Source: Marinosulfonomonas sp.
GTDB lineage: Bacteria; Pseudomonadota; Alphaproteobacteria; Rhodobacterales; Rhodobacteraceae
NCBI GenBank assembly: GCA_019090885.1
Contig: JAHRVC010000202.1
Span: forward strand, 1-53,809
Direction: 5' to 3'
DNA length: 53,809 nt
The position numbers and the translations under genes were made by a program. Every line of letters starts with the position of its first letter. The first letter of the stretch is position 1. Below are positions 20,538-30,879 of this stretch, piece by piece. Under the pieces are notes generated by a model, which was not told where the DNA came from, did no database searches, and was given only the letters and a program-made list of their open reading frames with translations.

Positions 20538-21845
20538 ATGAATTCACCGGTAGCAGACCAGCGCTCGGGCAATATGCAGGCGCGAATTGCATCCAAACGC
20601 GATGACCTGATTTCCCTTACTCAGGAATTAATCCGTATTCCGACGCTGAACCCGCCGGGGCTGCATTACCGCGATATTTGCGAAATGCTGCAATCGCGAC
20701 TTTCTAAAAGCGGTTTTGAAACTCAGTTGGTTCGCGCCGAGGGGACCCCCGGCGACAGCGATAAATACCCTCGCTGGAACATCGTTGCACGCCGCGAAGG
20801 CGGCCGTGCGGGCGAATGCGTGCATTTCAATTCACATACTGATGTCGTCGAGGTTGGGCTTGGCTGGACGGTTGACCCGTTTGGTGGCGAGCTGATCGAC
20901 GGTAAGATATTCGGGCGCGGGGCTTGCGACATGAAGGGCGGACTGGCGGCGTCAATCATCGCAGCCGAGGCGTTCATTGAGGAATTTCCTGATTTTTCCG
21001 GCGCAATCGAGATTTCTGGGACAGCCGATGAAGAATCCGGTGGCTATGGCGGTGTCGCCTATCTGGCCGAAAAAGGGTTCTTTTCGCCCGACCGGGTGCA
21101 GCATGTCATCATTCCAGAGCCTTTGAACAAAGACAGGATTTGTCTTGGCCACCGCGGCGGCTGGTGGGCCGAGATCGAGACATTTGGCGAAATAGCCCAC
21201 GGGTCCATGCCTTTTCTGGGCGATTGCGCCGTTCGCCATATGGGCGCGGTGCTGGAGGAAATGGAAAACACGCTCTACCCGGCAATGGCCGCGCGCCACA
21301 CCGAGATGCCCGTCGTGCCCGAAGGTGCACGCCAATCCACGATGAACATCAACTCGATCCATGGTGGGCAACCCGAACCGGACCCGGATTATACTGGCCT
21401 GCCGTCTCATTGCGTGCCGGACCGGTGCCGCATCACCATTGATCGGCGTTATCTGGTAGAAGAAAACCATGAACAGGTGCTGGGTGAAATCACGGACCTG
21501 CTGGAAGGTATCAAGTCGCGCCGCGCCAACTTTGAATATGAATTGCGCGAACTGAACCACGTGGCCCCCAGCATGACGGCCAAGAATGCGCCAATTGTCG
21601 AAACCCTGTCGCATTCAATTCAGGATGTTCTGGGTAAAACGCCTGAACTGGTGGCCTCGCCCGGCACCTATGACCAAAAGCATATCGACCGGATAGGCAA
21701 ACTGAAGAACTGCGTCGCATACGGACCGGGCATTCTGGAGCTGGCCCACAAACCGGACGAATATGTTGGCGTTGACGATATGCTCGACAGCGCCAACGTC
21801 ATGGCAAACACGCTGCAACGGCTGCTCGCAGCATCATCGGACTAA
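20538..21845 (+). CDS. M20 family metallo-deacylase (ArgE/DapE/ACY1-like)
   Basis: Metal-binding motifs HFNSHTDVV, GRGACDMKGG and GTADEESGG. A GGGGGAG RBS lies upstream. Confidence 0.85.
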   Translation: MNSPVADQRSGNMQARIASKRDDLISLTQELIRIPTLNPPGLHYRDICEMLQSRLSKSGFETQLVRAEGTPGDSDKYPRWNIVARREGGRAGECVHFNSHTDVVEVGLGWTVDPFGGELIDGKIFGRGACDMKGGLAASIIAAEAFIEEFPDFSGAIEISGTADEESGGYGGVAYLAEKGFFSPDRVQHVIIPEPLNKDRICLGHRGGWWAEIETFGEIAHGSMPFLGDCAVRHMGAVLEEMENTLYPAMAARHTEMPVVPEGARQSTMNINSIHGGQPEPDPDYTGLPSHCVPDRCRITIDRRYLVEENHEQVLGEITDLLEGIKSRRANFEYELRELNHVAPSMTAKNAPIVETLSHSIQDVLGKTPELVASPGTYDQKHIDRIGKLKNCVAYGPGILELAHKPDEYVGVDDMLDSANVMANTLQRLLAASSD

Positions 21846-21869
21846 GCAGAACCAATAGGGAGATACTTC

Positions 21870-23357
21870 ATGTCTAATTTCAAAACCAAACTGGCGGTGG
21901 CTAGCGTGGCGGCCCTGATATCAGGGCTCGGCGTTGCCAATGCTGCCAATTCCGACCTCACACTCGCGATGCAGCTTGAACCGCCGCATCTGGACCCCAC
22001 CAGCGCCGCTGCGGGCGCCATCGACAGCGTGGTCTATTCCAACATTTTTGAAGGCCTGACCCGTTTCATGGCCGATGGATCTGTGGTTCCGGGGCTTGCC
22101 GCGTCTTGGAACATTTCGGGCGACGGGCTGACCTATACTTTCAGTCTGCAAGACGGCGTGAAATTTCACGACGGCACTGGCATGGACGCCAGCGATGTTG
22201 CATTCTCGCTGGATCGTGCCCGCGCCGAAGAATCCACAAACGCCCAAAAAGCGTTGTTCGCCGGAATTGCAGATGTCGCAGTTGTCGATCCACTTACGGT
22301 CAAGATCACGCTGTCCGAACCCAATGGCAGCTTCCTGTTCAATCTGGCTTGGGGTGACGCGGTTATTGTAGCGCCTGAGAGCATTAAGAACATCAAAACC
22401 AACCCCGTCGGAACTGGTGCGTTCACCTTCGTTGACTGGGTTCAGGGCGACAAGATCGAGATCGCGAGAAACCCCGACTATTGGGGGGAGCCTGCCAAGC
22501 TGGAATCTGCGACCTTCAAATTCATCTCTGATCCAACGGCCGCCTTTGCCGCCGTGATGGCCGAGGACGTCGATGCATTTGCCGGTTTTCCAGCACCGGA
22601 AAACCTGCCTCAGTTTGCGGCCGATCCTCGTTTTCAGGTTATCGTCGGCTCGACCGAGGGTGAGACGATCCTGTCCACCAACAACAAAATGCCGCCATTG
22701 GACAATGTCAAAGTGCGTCAGGCGATTGCCCACGCGATTGACCGTCAGGCAATTATTGACGGCGCCATGTTTGGCCTTGGCACCCCGATCGGCACCCATT
22801 TTGCACCGCACAATCCAGCCTATGTGGACCTGACCGGCAATTCGAACTACGACCCGGCGAAAGCCAAAGCGCTTCTGGCCGAGGCAGGATTTGCTGATGG
22901 GTTCACCACAACATTGAAATTGCCACCACCTTCCTATGCGCGTCGCGGTGGAGAGATCATCGCCGCTCAATTGCGCGCCGTTGGTATCAAAACCGAGATC
23001 AGCAATTTGGAGTGGGCGCAATGGTTGGAACAGGTGTTCCGGGGTAAGGATTTCGGTCTGACGATCGTGTCCCATACTGAGCCGATGGATATCGGGATCT
23101 ACGCCCGCCCGGAATATTATTTCCAATATGATAATCCGGATTTTCAGGCGCTGATGAAGACATTGAATGCCACCACTGATGCAGGCGAACGCACGAAGTT
23201 GCTGCAAAAGGCGCAAACGATAATTTCTGAGGATTATGTGAATGGCTACCTGTTCGAACTGGCATACCCAACGGTGGCGAATGCCAAGATTGTAGGCCTT
23301 TGGGAAAATGCACCTACACAGGCTAATGATCTGACAGCCGTTTATTGGAAAGACTAA
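21870..23357 (+). CDS. ABC transporter substrate-binding protein (family 5, peptide/opine/nickel type)
   Basis: Signal peptide and a 495-aa protein with DppA/OppA-like sequence. Followed by DppBC-type permeases. Confidence 0.9.
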   Translation: MSNFKTKLAVASVAALISGLGVANAANSDLTLAMQLEPPHLDPTSAAAGAIDSVVYSNIFEGLTRFMADGSVVPGLAASWNISGDGLTYTFSLQDGVKFHDGTGMDASDVAFSLDRARAEESTNAQKALFAGIADVAVVDPLTVKITLSEPNGSFLFNLAWGDAVIVAPESIKNIKTNPVGTGAFTFVDWVQGDKIEIARNPDYWGEPAKLESATFKFISDPTAAFAAVMAEDVDAFAGFPAPENLPQFAADPRFQVIVGSTEGETILSTNNKMPPLDNVKVRQAIAHAIDRQAIIDGAMFGLGTPIGTHFAPHNPAYVDLTGNSNYDPAKAKALLAEAGFADGFTTTLKLPPPSYARRGGEIIAAQLRAVGIKTEISNLEWAQWLEQVFRGKDFGLTIVSHTEPMDIGIYARPEYYFQYDNPDFQALMKTLNATTDAGERTKLLQKAQTIISEDYVNGYLFELAYPTVANAKIVGLWENAPTQANDLTAVYWKD

Positions 23358-23364
23358 AGGTAAG

Positions 23365-23392
23365 GGTTCCGGCGGCAATCGTCGCCGGAACC
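23365..23392 (+). other. intercistronic hairpin after the SBP gene
   Basis: Perfect 10-bp stem GGTTCCGGCG/CGCCGGAACC, extendable to 12 bp. It lies 8 nt after the stop codon and has no T-tract. Confidence 0.5.
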
Positions 23393-23402
23393 GATCAGCA
23401 AA

Positions 23403-24350
23403 ATGCTCCGATACACCCTGAAACGTGCGCTATCGCTAATCATAAGTCTGGCCGTCGCCAGCCTTGTGATTTTCTTTGTGATTGAGGTCGCACCGGGCGA
23501 CCCTGCGTCGTATATGCTTGGCATCAATGCCCAACCCGATACCATCGCTGCCCTGCGCACCGAACTGGGTCTCGATGTGTCCAAAACGCAGCGCTACTTA
23601 AATTGGGTTGGCGGCATGCTGCATGGGGATTTTGGGACATCCTACACCTACCGCACCCCGATTTCCGAAATGGTTGCAGACCGGATGTGGGTGTCGTTAC
23701 CGCTGGCGGCTTTTGCACTGGTCCTATCCACGGTCATTGCCTTCCCGGCAGGCATTTATGCTGCAAGCCGGCGCGGCAAGGCGGGTGATGTCGTGTTGAT
23801 GGGCGCAACGCAACTGGGCGTCGCGATCCCCAATTTCTGGTTCGCCATGATGATGGTTTTGATCTTTGCGATTAACCTGCGCTGGTTTTCGGCTGGTGGT
23901 TTTCCCGGCTGGGACGAAGGGTTCTGGCTGGGAATAAAATCCCTGACCCTGCCCGCTATTTCACTGGCACTGCCACAGGCCGCAATTTTGGCGCGGGTCA
24001 TGCGATCATCGCTGTTGGACATGCTGGGCGAAGATTTCATGCGTAGCGCACGGGCCAAGGGCCTTAGCCGCCGTCAGGCGCTTTGGCGACACGCGCTGCG
24101 AAACGCGTTGATCCCGGTATTAACCATCATCGGCCTGCAATTTTCGTTCCTTCTGGCAGGCGGCATCATAATTGAGCAGGTCTTTTTCCTGCCCGGCCTT
24201 GGCAGGCTGGTTTTTCAAAGTATCTCGCAACGTGATCTGATCGTGGTGGAAAGCGTTGTCATGTTGCTGGTGTTTTCGGTCATCGTTGTGAACTTCGCGG
24301 TCGATCTTGCCTATGCAGCGGTCGATCCCCGTTTGCGGAGCCGTAGTTGA
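23403..24350 (+). CDS. ABC transporter permease (DppB-like)
   Basis: 315 aa with multiple TM helices and an EAA-type loop (MRSARAKGLSRRQALWRHALRNAL). Confidence 0.9.
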   Translation: MLRYTLKRALSLIISLAVASLVIFFVIEVAPGDPASYMLGINAQPDTIAALRTELGLDVSKTQRYLNWVGGMLHGDFGTSYTYRTPISEMVADRMWVSLPLAAFALVLSTVIAFPAGIYAASRRGKAGDVVLMGATQLGVAIPNFWFAMMMVLIFAINLRWFSAGGFPGWDEGFWLGIKSLTLPAISLALPQAAILARVMRSSLLDMLGEDFMRSARAKGLSRRQALWRHALRNALIPVLTIIGLQFSFLLAGGIIIEQVFFLPGLGRLVFQSISQRDLIVVESVVMLLVFSVIVVNFAVDLAYAAVDPRLRSRS

Positions 24351-25198
24351 TGGAACGAACCTCTGCCATCGTGACGGCCTTGCGATCCCGCAATTTCGTG
24401 ATTGGCGGCGCGTTAAGCCTGATATTTGTCTTTCTTGCGCTGCTGTCATTTATCTGGACGCCCTATGATGTGACCACGCTGGACATCGCCCATAAATTGC
24501 AACGTCCGAACCTGTCGCACTGGTTTGGGACCGACCATTTTGGACGCGATATATTCTCAATGATCATGGTTGGCGCGCGCACGTCGATTGCCGTGGCACT
24601 ACTTGCCGTGGGCATGGGAATGGGTCTTGGTATTCCGCTTGGTCTGGCCGCGGCTGCATCGCAGGGTCGCTGGCTGGACGAGTTTATAATGCGCGGGAAT
24701 GACCTGATCTTTGCGTTTCCATCGTTGGTCATTGCGATCCTGATTACGGCTGTGTTTGGTGCAAGCGCTGTAAACGCGATCGTCGCAATTGGCATTTTCA
24801 ACATCCCGGTTTTTGCCCGTGTCACCCGTGGTGCGGCACTTAGCCTGTGGTCGCGCGAATTCATTCTGGCCGCCCGGGTGGCGGGTAAGAACACCGCGCG
24901 CATATCGCTGGAGCATATCCTGCCCAACGTGGCGAACCTGCTGATCGTTCAGGGGACGATCCAGTTTTCACTGGGTATTCTTGCCGAAGCGGGGCTGAGC
25001 TATGTTGGTCTTGGCGCACAGCCGCCAACCCCCAGTTGGGGGCGTATGCTGGCCGATGCGCAAACAATGGTCAGCTTTGCACCGCATCTTGCCCTGATCC
25101 CGGGCATGGCAATTATTCTGACGGTTCTGGGCCTTAACCTGATGGGCGACGGGCTGCGTGACCTGTTGGATCCCCGCATCCGGAATGCGCGCTCATGA
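24347..25198 (+). CDS. ABC transporter permease (DppC-like)
   Basis: 283 aa with TM helices. Start/stop overlaps with both neighbours. Confidence 0.9.
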   Translation: MMERTSAIVTALRSRNFVIGGALSLIFVFLALLSFIWTPYDVTTLDIAHKLQRPNLSHWFGTDHFGRDIFSMIMVGARTSIAVALLAVGMGMGLGIPLGLAAAASQGRWLDEFIMRGNDLIFAFPSLVIAILITAVFGASAVNAIVAIGIFNIPVFARVTRGAALSLWSREFILAARVAGKNTARISLEHILPNVANLLIVQGTIQFSLGILAEAGLSYVGLGAQPPTPSWGRMLADAQTMVSFAPHLALIPGMAIILTVLGLNLMGDGLRDLLDPRIRNARS

Positions 25199-26820
25199 GC
25201 TTGCTGGCGATCAAAAATCTGTCCGTAGAAATACACGGCAACCCGATCCTGCGGGATGTGTCGTTGGATGTGGCCCCCGGTGAAATCGTTGCCGTTACCG
25301 GCGAGAGCGGTTCCGGCAAATCAATGACCGCGCTGGCAATCATGCAATTGTTGCCCCAAGGCTCCGAGATGTCGGGGGCAGTGATGCTCGATGGCAAGGA
25401 CCTTGGCCAAACCAGCGAAGCAGAGATGTGCGCCATTCGCGGCAACGATGTGGGGATGATTTTTCAGGAACCGATGACAGCGCTGAACCCGGTTCAGACG
25501 ATTGGCGATCAGGTTGCCGAAACCATCCTGATCCACGAAGACCTGCCGCGCGCGCAGGCGCTTTCGCGCGCCCGCGACATGTTAGATCGGGTCGGGCTGG
25601 ACGCTGAAAATTTCCCGCTGTCGCGATACCCGCATGAACTGTCGGGCGGTCAAAGGCAGCGCGTTGTTATCGCAATGGCAATTGTGCTGCGCCCAAAACT
25701 GCTGATCGCCGACGAGCCGACAACGGCGCTGGATGTCACCACCCAAGCAACCATTCTGGACCTGTTGAAAGAGTTGGTCAGCGAGTTTGGCATGGGCCTG
25801 CTGATGATTACCCATGACCTTGCGGTGGTCGCCGGGATGGCCGACCGAATTGTCGTTATGCGCACCGGCGAAGTTGTGGAAACCGGGCCGACACAATCGT
25901 TGTTTCAGAACATGCAGCACCCTTATACACGGATGCTGATGGAGGCATCCGACCATAAAGCCACCCTGCCCCCGCACGCCAACAAAGACCCTGAACCACT
26001 TTTGCAGGTCGTTAACGTCAGCCGGGACTACCGTCTGCCCCGGACTAGCGTTATCGCGCGTCAAAAGATGTTTCGCGCGGTTGATGATGTTTCGTTCACC
26101 CTTAAAAAGGGTGCGCGTGCTGGCTTGGTCGGGGAAAGCGGATGCGGTAAGTCCACGCTGACACGGGCGATTTTGGGGTTGGAGGACATTCAGGAAGGGC
26201 AGATACTGCTGGACGGCGAACCGGTTTTTTCCGGCAACAAGGCCAACCTGTTGGTGCGGCGAAAAATGCAGGTCGTGTTTCAGGATCCGTTCGGCTCTTT
26301 CAATCCCAGACATCGTGTCGATCGTCTGGTATCGGAGCCGTTGCACTTGTTGTCCGAACGCCCCTCGCAATCCGAGCGCACCAGCGCGATTGCCGAGGCA
26401 TTGATCGCCGTCGGTCTGCAACCAGAAGACGCCCAAAAATATATCCACGAGTTTTCCGGCGGTCAGCGACAGCGCGTCGCCATTGCGCGGGCGCTGATTA
26501 TCAAACCGGACCTGATTGTATTTGATGAGGCCGTTTCGGCGCTAGATGTGTCGATCCGCGCGCAGATACTCGATCTGCTGGCCGAGCTTTGCGAGCAATA
26601 TTCGCTAACTTATCTGTTCATATCACATGATTTGTCGGTGGTGCGTTCAATCACTGAACAGGTCTTTGTCATGCAATCAGGCAAGATCGTCGAGCAGGGA
26701 GAAACCGAAACGGTTTTCACCAATCCGAGCCACCCTTATACTCAACAGTTAATCGCTGCGGCACCAAAATTGCCGGAAATCGGCGCGCAGCAAAAAGGAC
26801 CCAAGAATGTCGCATCTTGA
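25195..26820 (+). CDS. ABC transporter ATP-binding protein, duplicated ATPase (DppD/DppF fused)
   Basis: Two Walker A motifs (GESGSGKS; GESGCGKS), two LSGGQRQR signatures and two Walker B motifs (LLIADEPT; LIVFDEAV). Confidence 0.93.
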   Translation: MSLLAIKNLSVEIHGNPILRDVSLDVAPGEIVAVTGESGSGKSMTALAIMQLLPQGSEMSGAVMLDGKDLGQTSEAEMCAIRGNDVGMIFQEPMTALNPVQTIGDQVAETILIHEDLPRAQALSRARDMLDRVGLDAENFPLSRYPHELSGGQRQRVVIAMAIVLRPKLLIADEPTTALDVTTQATILDLLKELVSEFGMGLLMITHDLAVVAGMADRIVVMRTGEVVETGPTQSLFQNMQHPYTRMLMEASDHKATLPPHANKDPEPLLQVVNVSRDYRLPRTSVIARQKMFRAVDDVSFTLKKGARAGLVGESGCGKSTLTRAILGLEDIQEGQILLDGEPVFSGNKANLLVRRKMQVVFQDPFGSFNPRHRVDRLVSEPLHLLSERPSQSERTSAIAEALIAVGLQPEDAQKYIHEFSGGQRQRVAIARALIIKPDLIVFDEAVSALDVSIRAQILDLLAELCEQYSLTYLFISHDLSVVRSITEQVFVMQSGKIVEQGETETVFTNPSHPYTQQLIAAAPKLPEIGAQQKGPKNVAS

Positions 26821-28261
26821 TTTGTCATTTGATCCCGCAAACTGCCTGATAGGCGGAAAATGGGTGCGCCCTGCGAGCGGCGAAATGTTACCGCTGTATG
26901 ACCCGTCCTATGGCACCGAGATTTGCCATATCGCGCGCGGCTCATCCGACGATATCGATGCAGCGGTGGCCGCGGCGCGCACCGCACTGGATGGCGAATG
27001 GGGGCGCATGACAGCCGCTGAACGGGGCCGGATACTGGCCCGGATTGGCCAGCTGGTTCTTGAAAATGCTGATCATCTGGCGTGCCTCGAAGCTGCCGAT
27101 GTGGGCAAACCCCTGAAACAGGCAAAAGCGGATGCAATCGCGCTGGCCCGTTATCTGGAATTTTACGGCGGAGCAGCCGACAAGATACATGGCGAGACGA
27201 TCCCCTATCTGGACGGCTACACGGTTTATACGCTGCGCGAGCCGCATGGTGTCACCGGCCATATCGTGCCGTGGAACTATCCGATGCAAATCATCGGTCG
27301 CTCTGTCACCGCCGCGCTGACCATGGGCAATGCCTGTGTGCTGAAACCAGCCGAAGAAGCCTGTCTGACGGCCCTTATGTTCGGTGAGTTATCCCGCCAA
27401 GCCGGGCTGCCCGACGGGGCGCTGAACATCGTGCCCGGCCTTGGCGCCGAGGCCGGGGCCGCCTTGTCGCAGCATCCCGGGATCGATCATGTTTCTTTCA
27501 CCGGATCGGTTGGCGTTGGCAAACAAATCCAAATCGCAGCTGGGCAGAACCTTGTGCCGGTGACGCTGGAGCTTGGCGGCAAATCACCCCAACTGGTTTT
27601 TGACGACGCCGACCTTGACGCAGCCCTGCCGTTCCTTGTGAATGCGGGCATTCAGAACGCCGGGCAAACCTGTTCTGCATCCTCACGCATCCTTGTGCAG
27701 CGTGGCGTTTATGATCAGGTCTGCGCGGGAATGGCAAAATCCTACGAGGCATTGCAGGTCGGGCCTGCGATAGATGATTTTGATATCGGGCCGCTGATTT
27801 CCCGACGCCAGAAAGCAATCGTTGACGGATTTGTAGATAAGGGGTCTGACCTTAATCTGATCGCAAAAGGCCAGTTGTCCGCAGAGGCATCCGACGGCGG
27901 AAATTTCGTCGTTCCCCGGCTATTTGCTGATGTTGATCCGCACCATACCTTGGCTCAGGATGAAATCTTTGGCCCGGTTCAGGTGATAATCCCCTTTGAC
28001 GACGAGGCTCAGGCAATCGAGATTGCCAATGGCACCGATTATGGGCTGGTTGCCTCGGTCTGGACACGCGACGGGGCGCGTCAGATGCGATTGGCCAAAG
28101 CGCTGGATTCCGGACAGGTGTTTCTAAACAACTACGGCGCGGGCGGCGGTGTGGAACTGCCGTTCGGTGGTTCCGGAAAATCCGGTCATGGCCGCGAGAA
28201 GGGGTTTGAAGCGCTCTACAGCTTTTCCCGGTTAAAAACGGTCGCTGCGTATCACGGGTAA
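26807..28261 (+). CDS. NAD(P)-dependent aldehyde dehydrogenase
   Basis: ELGGKSP and catalytic Cys motif GQTCSASSR. 484 aa, overlapping the ATPase gene by 14 nt. Confidence 0.92.
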   Translation: MSHLDLSFDPANCLIGGKWVRPASGEMLPLYDPSYGTEICHIARGSSDDIDAAVAAARTALDGEWGRMTAAERGRILARIGQLVLENADHLACLEAADVGKPLKQAKADAIALARYLEFYGGAADKIHGETIPYLDGYTVYTLREPHGVTGHIVPWNYPMQIIGRSVTAALTMGNACVLKPAEEACLTALMFGELSRQAGLPDGALNIVPGLGAEAGAALSQHPGIDHVSFTGSVGVGKQIQIAAGQNLVPVTLELGGKSPQLVFDDADLDAALPFLVNAGIQNAGQTCSASSRILVQRGVYDQVCAGMAKSYEALQVGPAIDDFDIGPLISRRQKAIVDGFVDKGSDLNLIAKGQLSAEASDGGNFVVPRLFADVDPHHTLAQDEIFGPVQVIIPFDDEAQAIEIANGTDYGLVASVWTRDGARQMRLAKALDSGQVFLNNYGAGGGVELPFGGSGKSGHGREKGFEALYSFSRLKTVAAYHG

Positions 28262-28283
28262 GCACGTTGGGAATTTAATTATC

Positions 28284-28360
28284 TGGTGACCCCGGGTGGA
28301 TTCGAACCACCGGCCTACCGCTTAGGAGGCGGTCGCTCTATCCGGCTGAGCTACGGGGCC
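28284..28360 (-). tRNA. tRNA-Arg (anticodon CCU)
   Basis: The reverse complement GGCCCCGTAGCTCAGCCGGATAGAGCGACCGCCTCCTAAGCGGTAGGCCGGTGGTTCGAATCCACCCGGGGTCACCA folds as a cloverleaf. Anticodon loop is CUCCUAA, the T-loop is GGTTCGAATCC and CCA is encoded. Confidence 0.93.
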
Positions 28361-28501
28361 AACACATGTCTTTTCGCGGTATCGACCTGACAAGGCAAGT
28401 ATAGTTTCCGCCCAAGCATAGGTTTCCAACCACCGCAAACCTTGAACAAACCCGGAAATTACGGCAACAAGAATTAGACTTCTTTTATATGGGTAGAAAA
28501 A

Positions 28502-29536
28502 TTGTCAGGATCGTCTAAGGCAACGCCACCGCGCACCTTAACGCTGCGCGATGTATCAGAGGCCTCGGGTGTCAGCGAGATGACCGTTTCCCGGGTTCTG
28601 CGGAATCGAGGCGACGTTTCGGAACCAACTCGCCTGAAGGTTCTGAAAGTCGCCAAGGAACTAGGCTATGTCCCCAATAAGATCGCCGGGGCGCTTGCGT
28701 CGCAGCGCGTAAATCTGGTTGGCGTTATCATTCCTTCGCTGTCAAACATGGTCTTTCCCGAGGTCATGACAGGCATTTCCGAAGTGTTGGATGATACGGC
28801 CCTTCAACCGGTTTTTGGCGTGACCAATTATAAACCCGAACGCGAAGAAAAAGTTCTGTATGAAATGCTGTCATGGCGTCCATCCGGGGTTATCATTGCC
28901 GGGCTGGAACACAGCGATGCCAGTCGGGCGATGCTGAAAGCCGCGGACATTCCGGTTGTCGAGATTATGGACACTGACGGCGACCCGATTGATGCAGTGG
29001 TCGGTATTTCACACCGCCGCGCAGGGCGCGAGATTGCCCACGAGATTGTCCAAAGCGGTTACAAGAAAATCGCTTTTCTTGGCACCAAAATGCCGCTCGA
29101 CCACCGGGCACGAAAACGCTTTGAAGGGTTTACAGAAGTTCTTGCAAAGGCTGGGCTAGAGGTCGCGGATCAAGAGTTTTATTCTGGTGGCTCTTCGCTG
29201 TCCAAAGGGCGAGAGATGACTGAGGCTATTTTGAAACGCAGCCCCGATCTTGATTTCATCTATTATTCGAATGACATGATTGGCGCGGGCGGTTTGCTTT
29301 ACTGCCTCGATGCCGGAATTCCGGTGCCCAAACAGATCGGCCTTGCCGGTTTTAACGGTGTTGAATTGCTGGATGGCCTCCCACGGCAACTGGCGACAAT
29401 GGATGCTTGCCGGGCAGTGGTTGGTCGCACTGCGGCCAAGATTATCGCCGACCGGGTATCCGGCGTGTCCGAGAAAAGCGGCGAAAAAATCGTGCTGACG
29501 CCGCAGTTATCACTTGGACAGACTTTGCGTCGCTGA
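28502..29536 (+). CDS. LacI family transcriptional regulator
   Basis: N-terminal HTH TLRDVSEASGVSEMTVSRVLRN plus a periplasmic-binding-protein-like effector domain. The TTG start is uncertain. Confidence 0.88.
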   Translation: MSGSSKATPPRTLTLRDVSEASGVSEMTVSRVLRNRGDVSEPTRLKVLKVAKELGYVPNKIAGALASQRVNLVGVIIPSLSNMVFPEVMTGISEVLDDTALQPVFGVTNYKPEREEKVLYEMLSWRPSGVIIAGLEHSDASRAMLKAADIPVVEIMDTDGDPIDAVVGISHRRAGREIAHEIVQSGYKKIAFLGTKMPLDHRARKRFEGFTEVLAKAGLEVADQEFYSGGSSLSKGREMTEAILKRSPDLDFIYYSNDMIGAGGLLYCLDAGIPVPKQIGLAGFNGVELLDGLPRQLATMDACRAVVGRTAAKIIADRVSGVSEKSGEKIVLTPQLSLGQTLRR

Positions 29537-29553
29537 ACGGTTCGCCAATCTGT

Positions 29554-30879
29554 TTAATCTTCGAACACACTCGCAAATGCCTGACCCAGTTTTTCGACGA
29601 TCTCTTCTATGTGGTCATCTGAAAGGATGAACGGCGGCGCGAGCAAGATATGATCGCCTTTGCGCCCGTCGACAGTGCCGCCCATTGGATAGCATATCAG
29701 ACCGGCCTCAAAGCTTGCCGCCTTAAGCTTTTTGTGGATTCCAAGTGCCGGGTCAAAGGGTTCTTTTGTTTCTCGGCTTTCGACAATTTCCAACCCCTGA
29801 AACAAGCCCCGTCCACGGATATCGCCAACATACTGATGCTGACCAAAACGGTCCATCAGCGCCTGTTGCAATTTTTTCCCCAACTCGCCGCTGTGCTGCG
29901 CCAACCCACCATCGGTTAGTTTGCACACGACAGCCAAAGCCGCCGCGCAAGCCGTTGGATGCCCGATATATGTATGCCCATGCTGAAAACTTCCGGTCCC
30001 ATCCTTAATTGCCGCATAGATTTTCTGACTGCATAGCATCGCGCCGATTGGCTGATACCCGGCACCTAGCCCCTTTGCGATAGTCAAAATATCGGGCGAA
30101 ATCCCGTCTTGCTCGCATGCAAACATACTGCCGGTGCGCCCCATGCCACACATAACTTCGTCAAGGATCAACAGCACGCCGTAGCGGTCGCAAATTTCAC
30201 GTATCCGTTTGAAGTATCCCTGCACCGCCGGAACCGCACCAAGGGTTGCCCCGACAACCGGCTCGGCGACAAAGGCCATCACAGTGTCCGGCCCCAACCG
30301 CAGAATTTCTGTTTCAAGCTCGCCAGCGGCTCGTTCCCCGTAGGCTTGCGCAGTCTCGCCGGGTTGCCGGTCGCGGTATTCGTAACAGGGCGAAATATGG
30401 GTCGTTCCAAGCATCAGCGGCTCAAAAGGCGCGCGGCGCCACATGTTTCCGCCCGTCGCCAGGGCCGCCAGCGTATTGCCATGATAACTTTGGCGGCGGG
30501 CGATTACCCGATGTCGGGTATCCTGCCCGATCTCTACAAAATATTGCCGCGCAAGCTTTAATGCCGCTTCGACGGCTTCAGATCCGCCAGAGACAAAATA
30601 GACTCGTTCCAGTCCTTCAGGCGCGTGTTCGATCAGTTTATCGGCCAGCTCTTCGGCCGGTTCGGACGTGAAAAACCCGGTGTGTGCAAATGCAACTTTG
30701 TCCAATTGCGCCTTGATCGCACCAGTAACGTCCGCATCCCCATGACCTAGGCACGAAACAGCGGCCCCGCCGGATCCATCAAAATACTGTTTTCCGGTTT
30801 GGTCGTAGAGATAGACACCTTCGCCTCGGTCAATAATAGGAATTGGCGTCTTAGTTTGGCGTGGAAAAACATGCGACAT
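29554..30879 (-). CDS. class-III (omega) aminotransferase
   Basis: PLP-lysine region PDILTIAKGLGAGYQPIG and LILDEVMCGMGRTG. The ATG at 30879 has a GGAG 6 nt upstream; the alternative start is 30891. Confidence 0.9.
   Translation of the reverse strand: MSHVFPRQTKTPIPIIDRGEGVYLYDQTGKQYFDGSGGAAVSCLGHGDADVTGAIKAQLDKVAFAHTGFFTSEPAEELADKLIEHAPEGLERVYFVSGGSEAVEAALKLARQYFVEIGQDTRHRVIARRQSYHGNTLAALATGGNMWRRAPFEPLMLGTTHISPCYEYRDRQPGETAQAYGERAAGELETEILRLGPDTVMAFVAEPVVGATLGAVPAVQGYFKRIREICDRYGVLLILDEVMCGMGRTGSMFACEQDGISPDILTIAKGLGAGYQPIGAMLCSQKIYAAIKDGTGSFQHGHTYIGHPTACAAALAVVCKLTDGGLAQHSGELGKKLQQALMDRFGQHQYVGDIRGRGLFQGLEIVESRETKEPFDPALGIHKKLKAASFEAGLICYPMGGTVDGRKGDHILLAPPFILSDDHIEEIVEKLGQAFASVFED

Noticed and set aside
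21921-23378. 485-aa ORF antisense to the ABC substrate-binding protein gene. Similar long antisense ORFs occur at 25582-26448, 36478-37425, 40300-41031, 31341-31955, 20952-21614, 19978-20592 and 2680-3270.
   Set aside because: Each lies opposite a gene with clear family motifs. Their translations are R/G/H/Q-rich and low in complexity, with no recognisable domains. These are typical shadow ORFs of GC-rich coding DNA.
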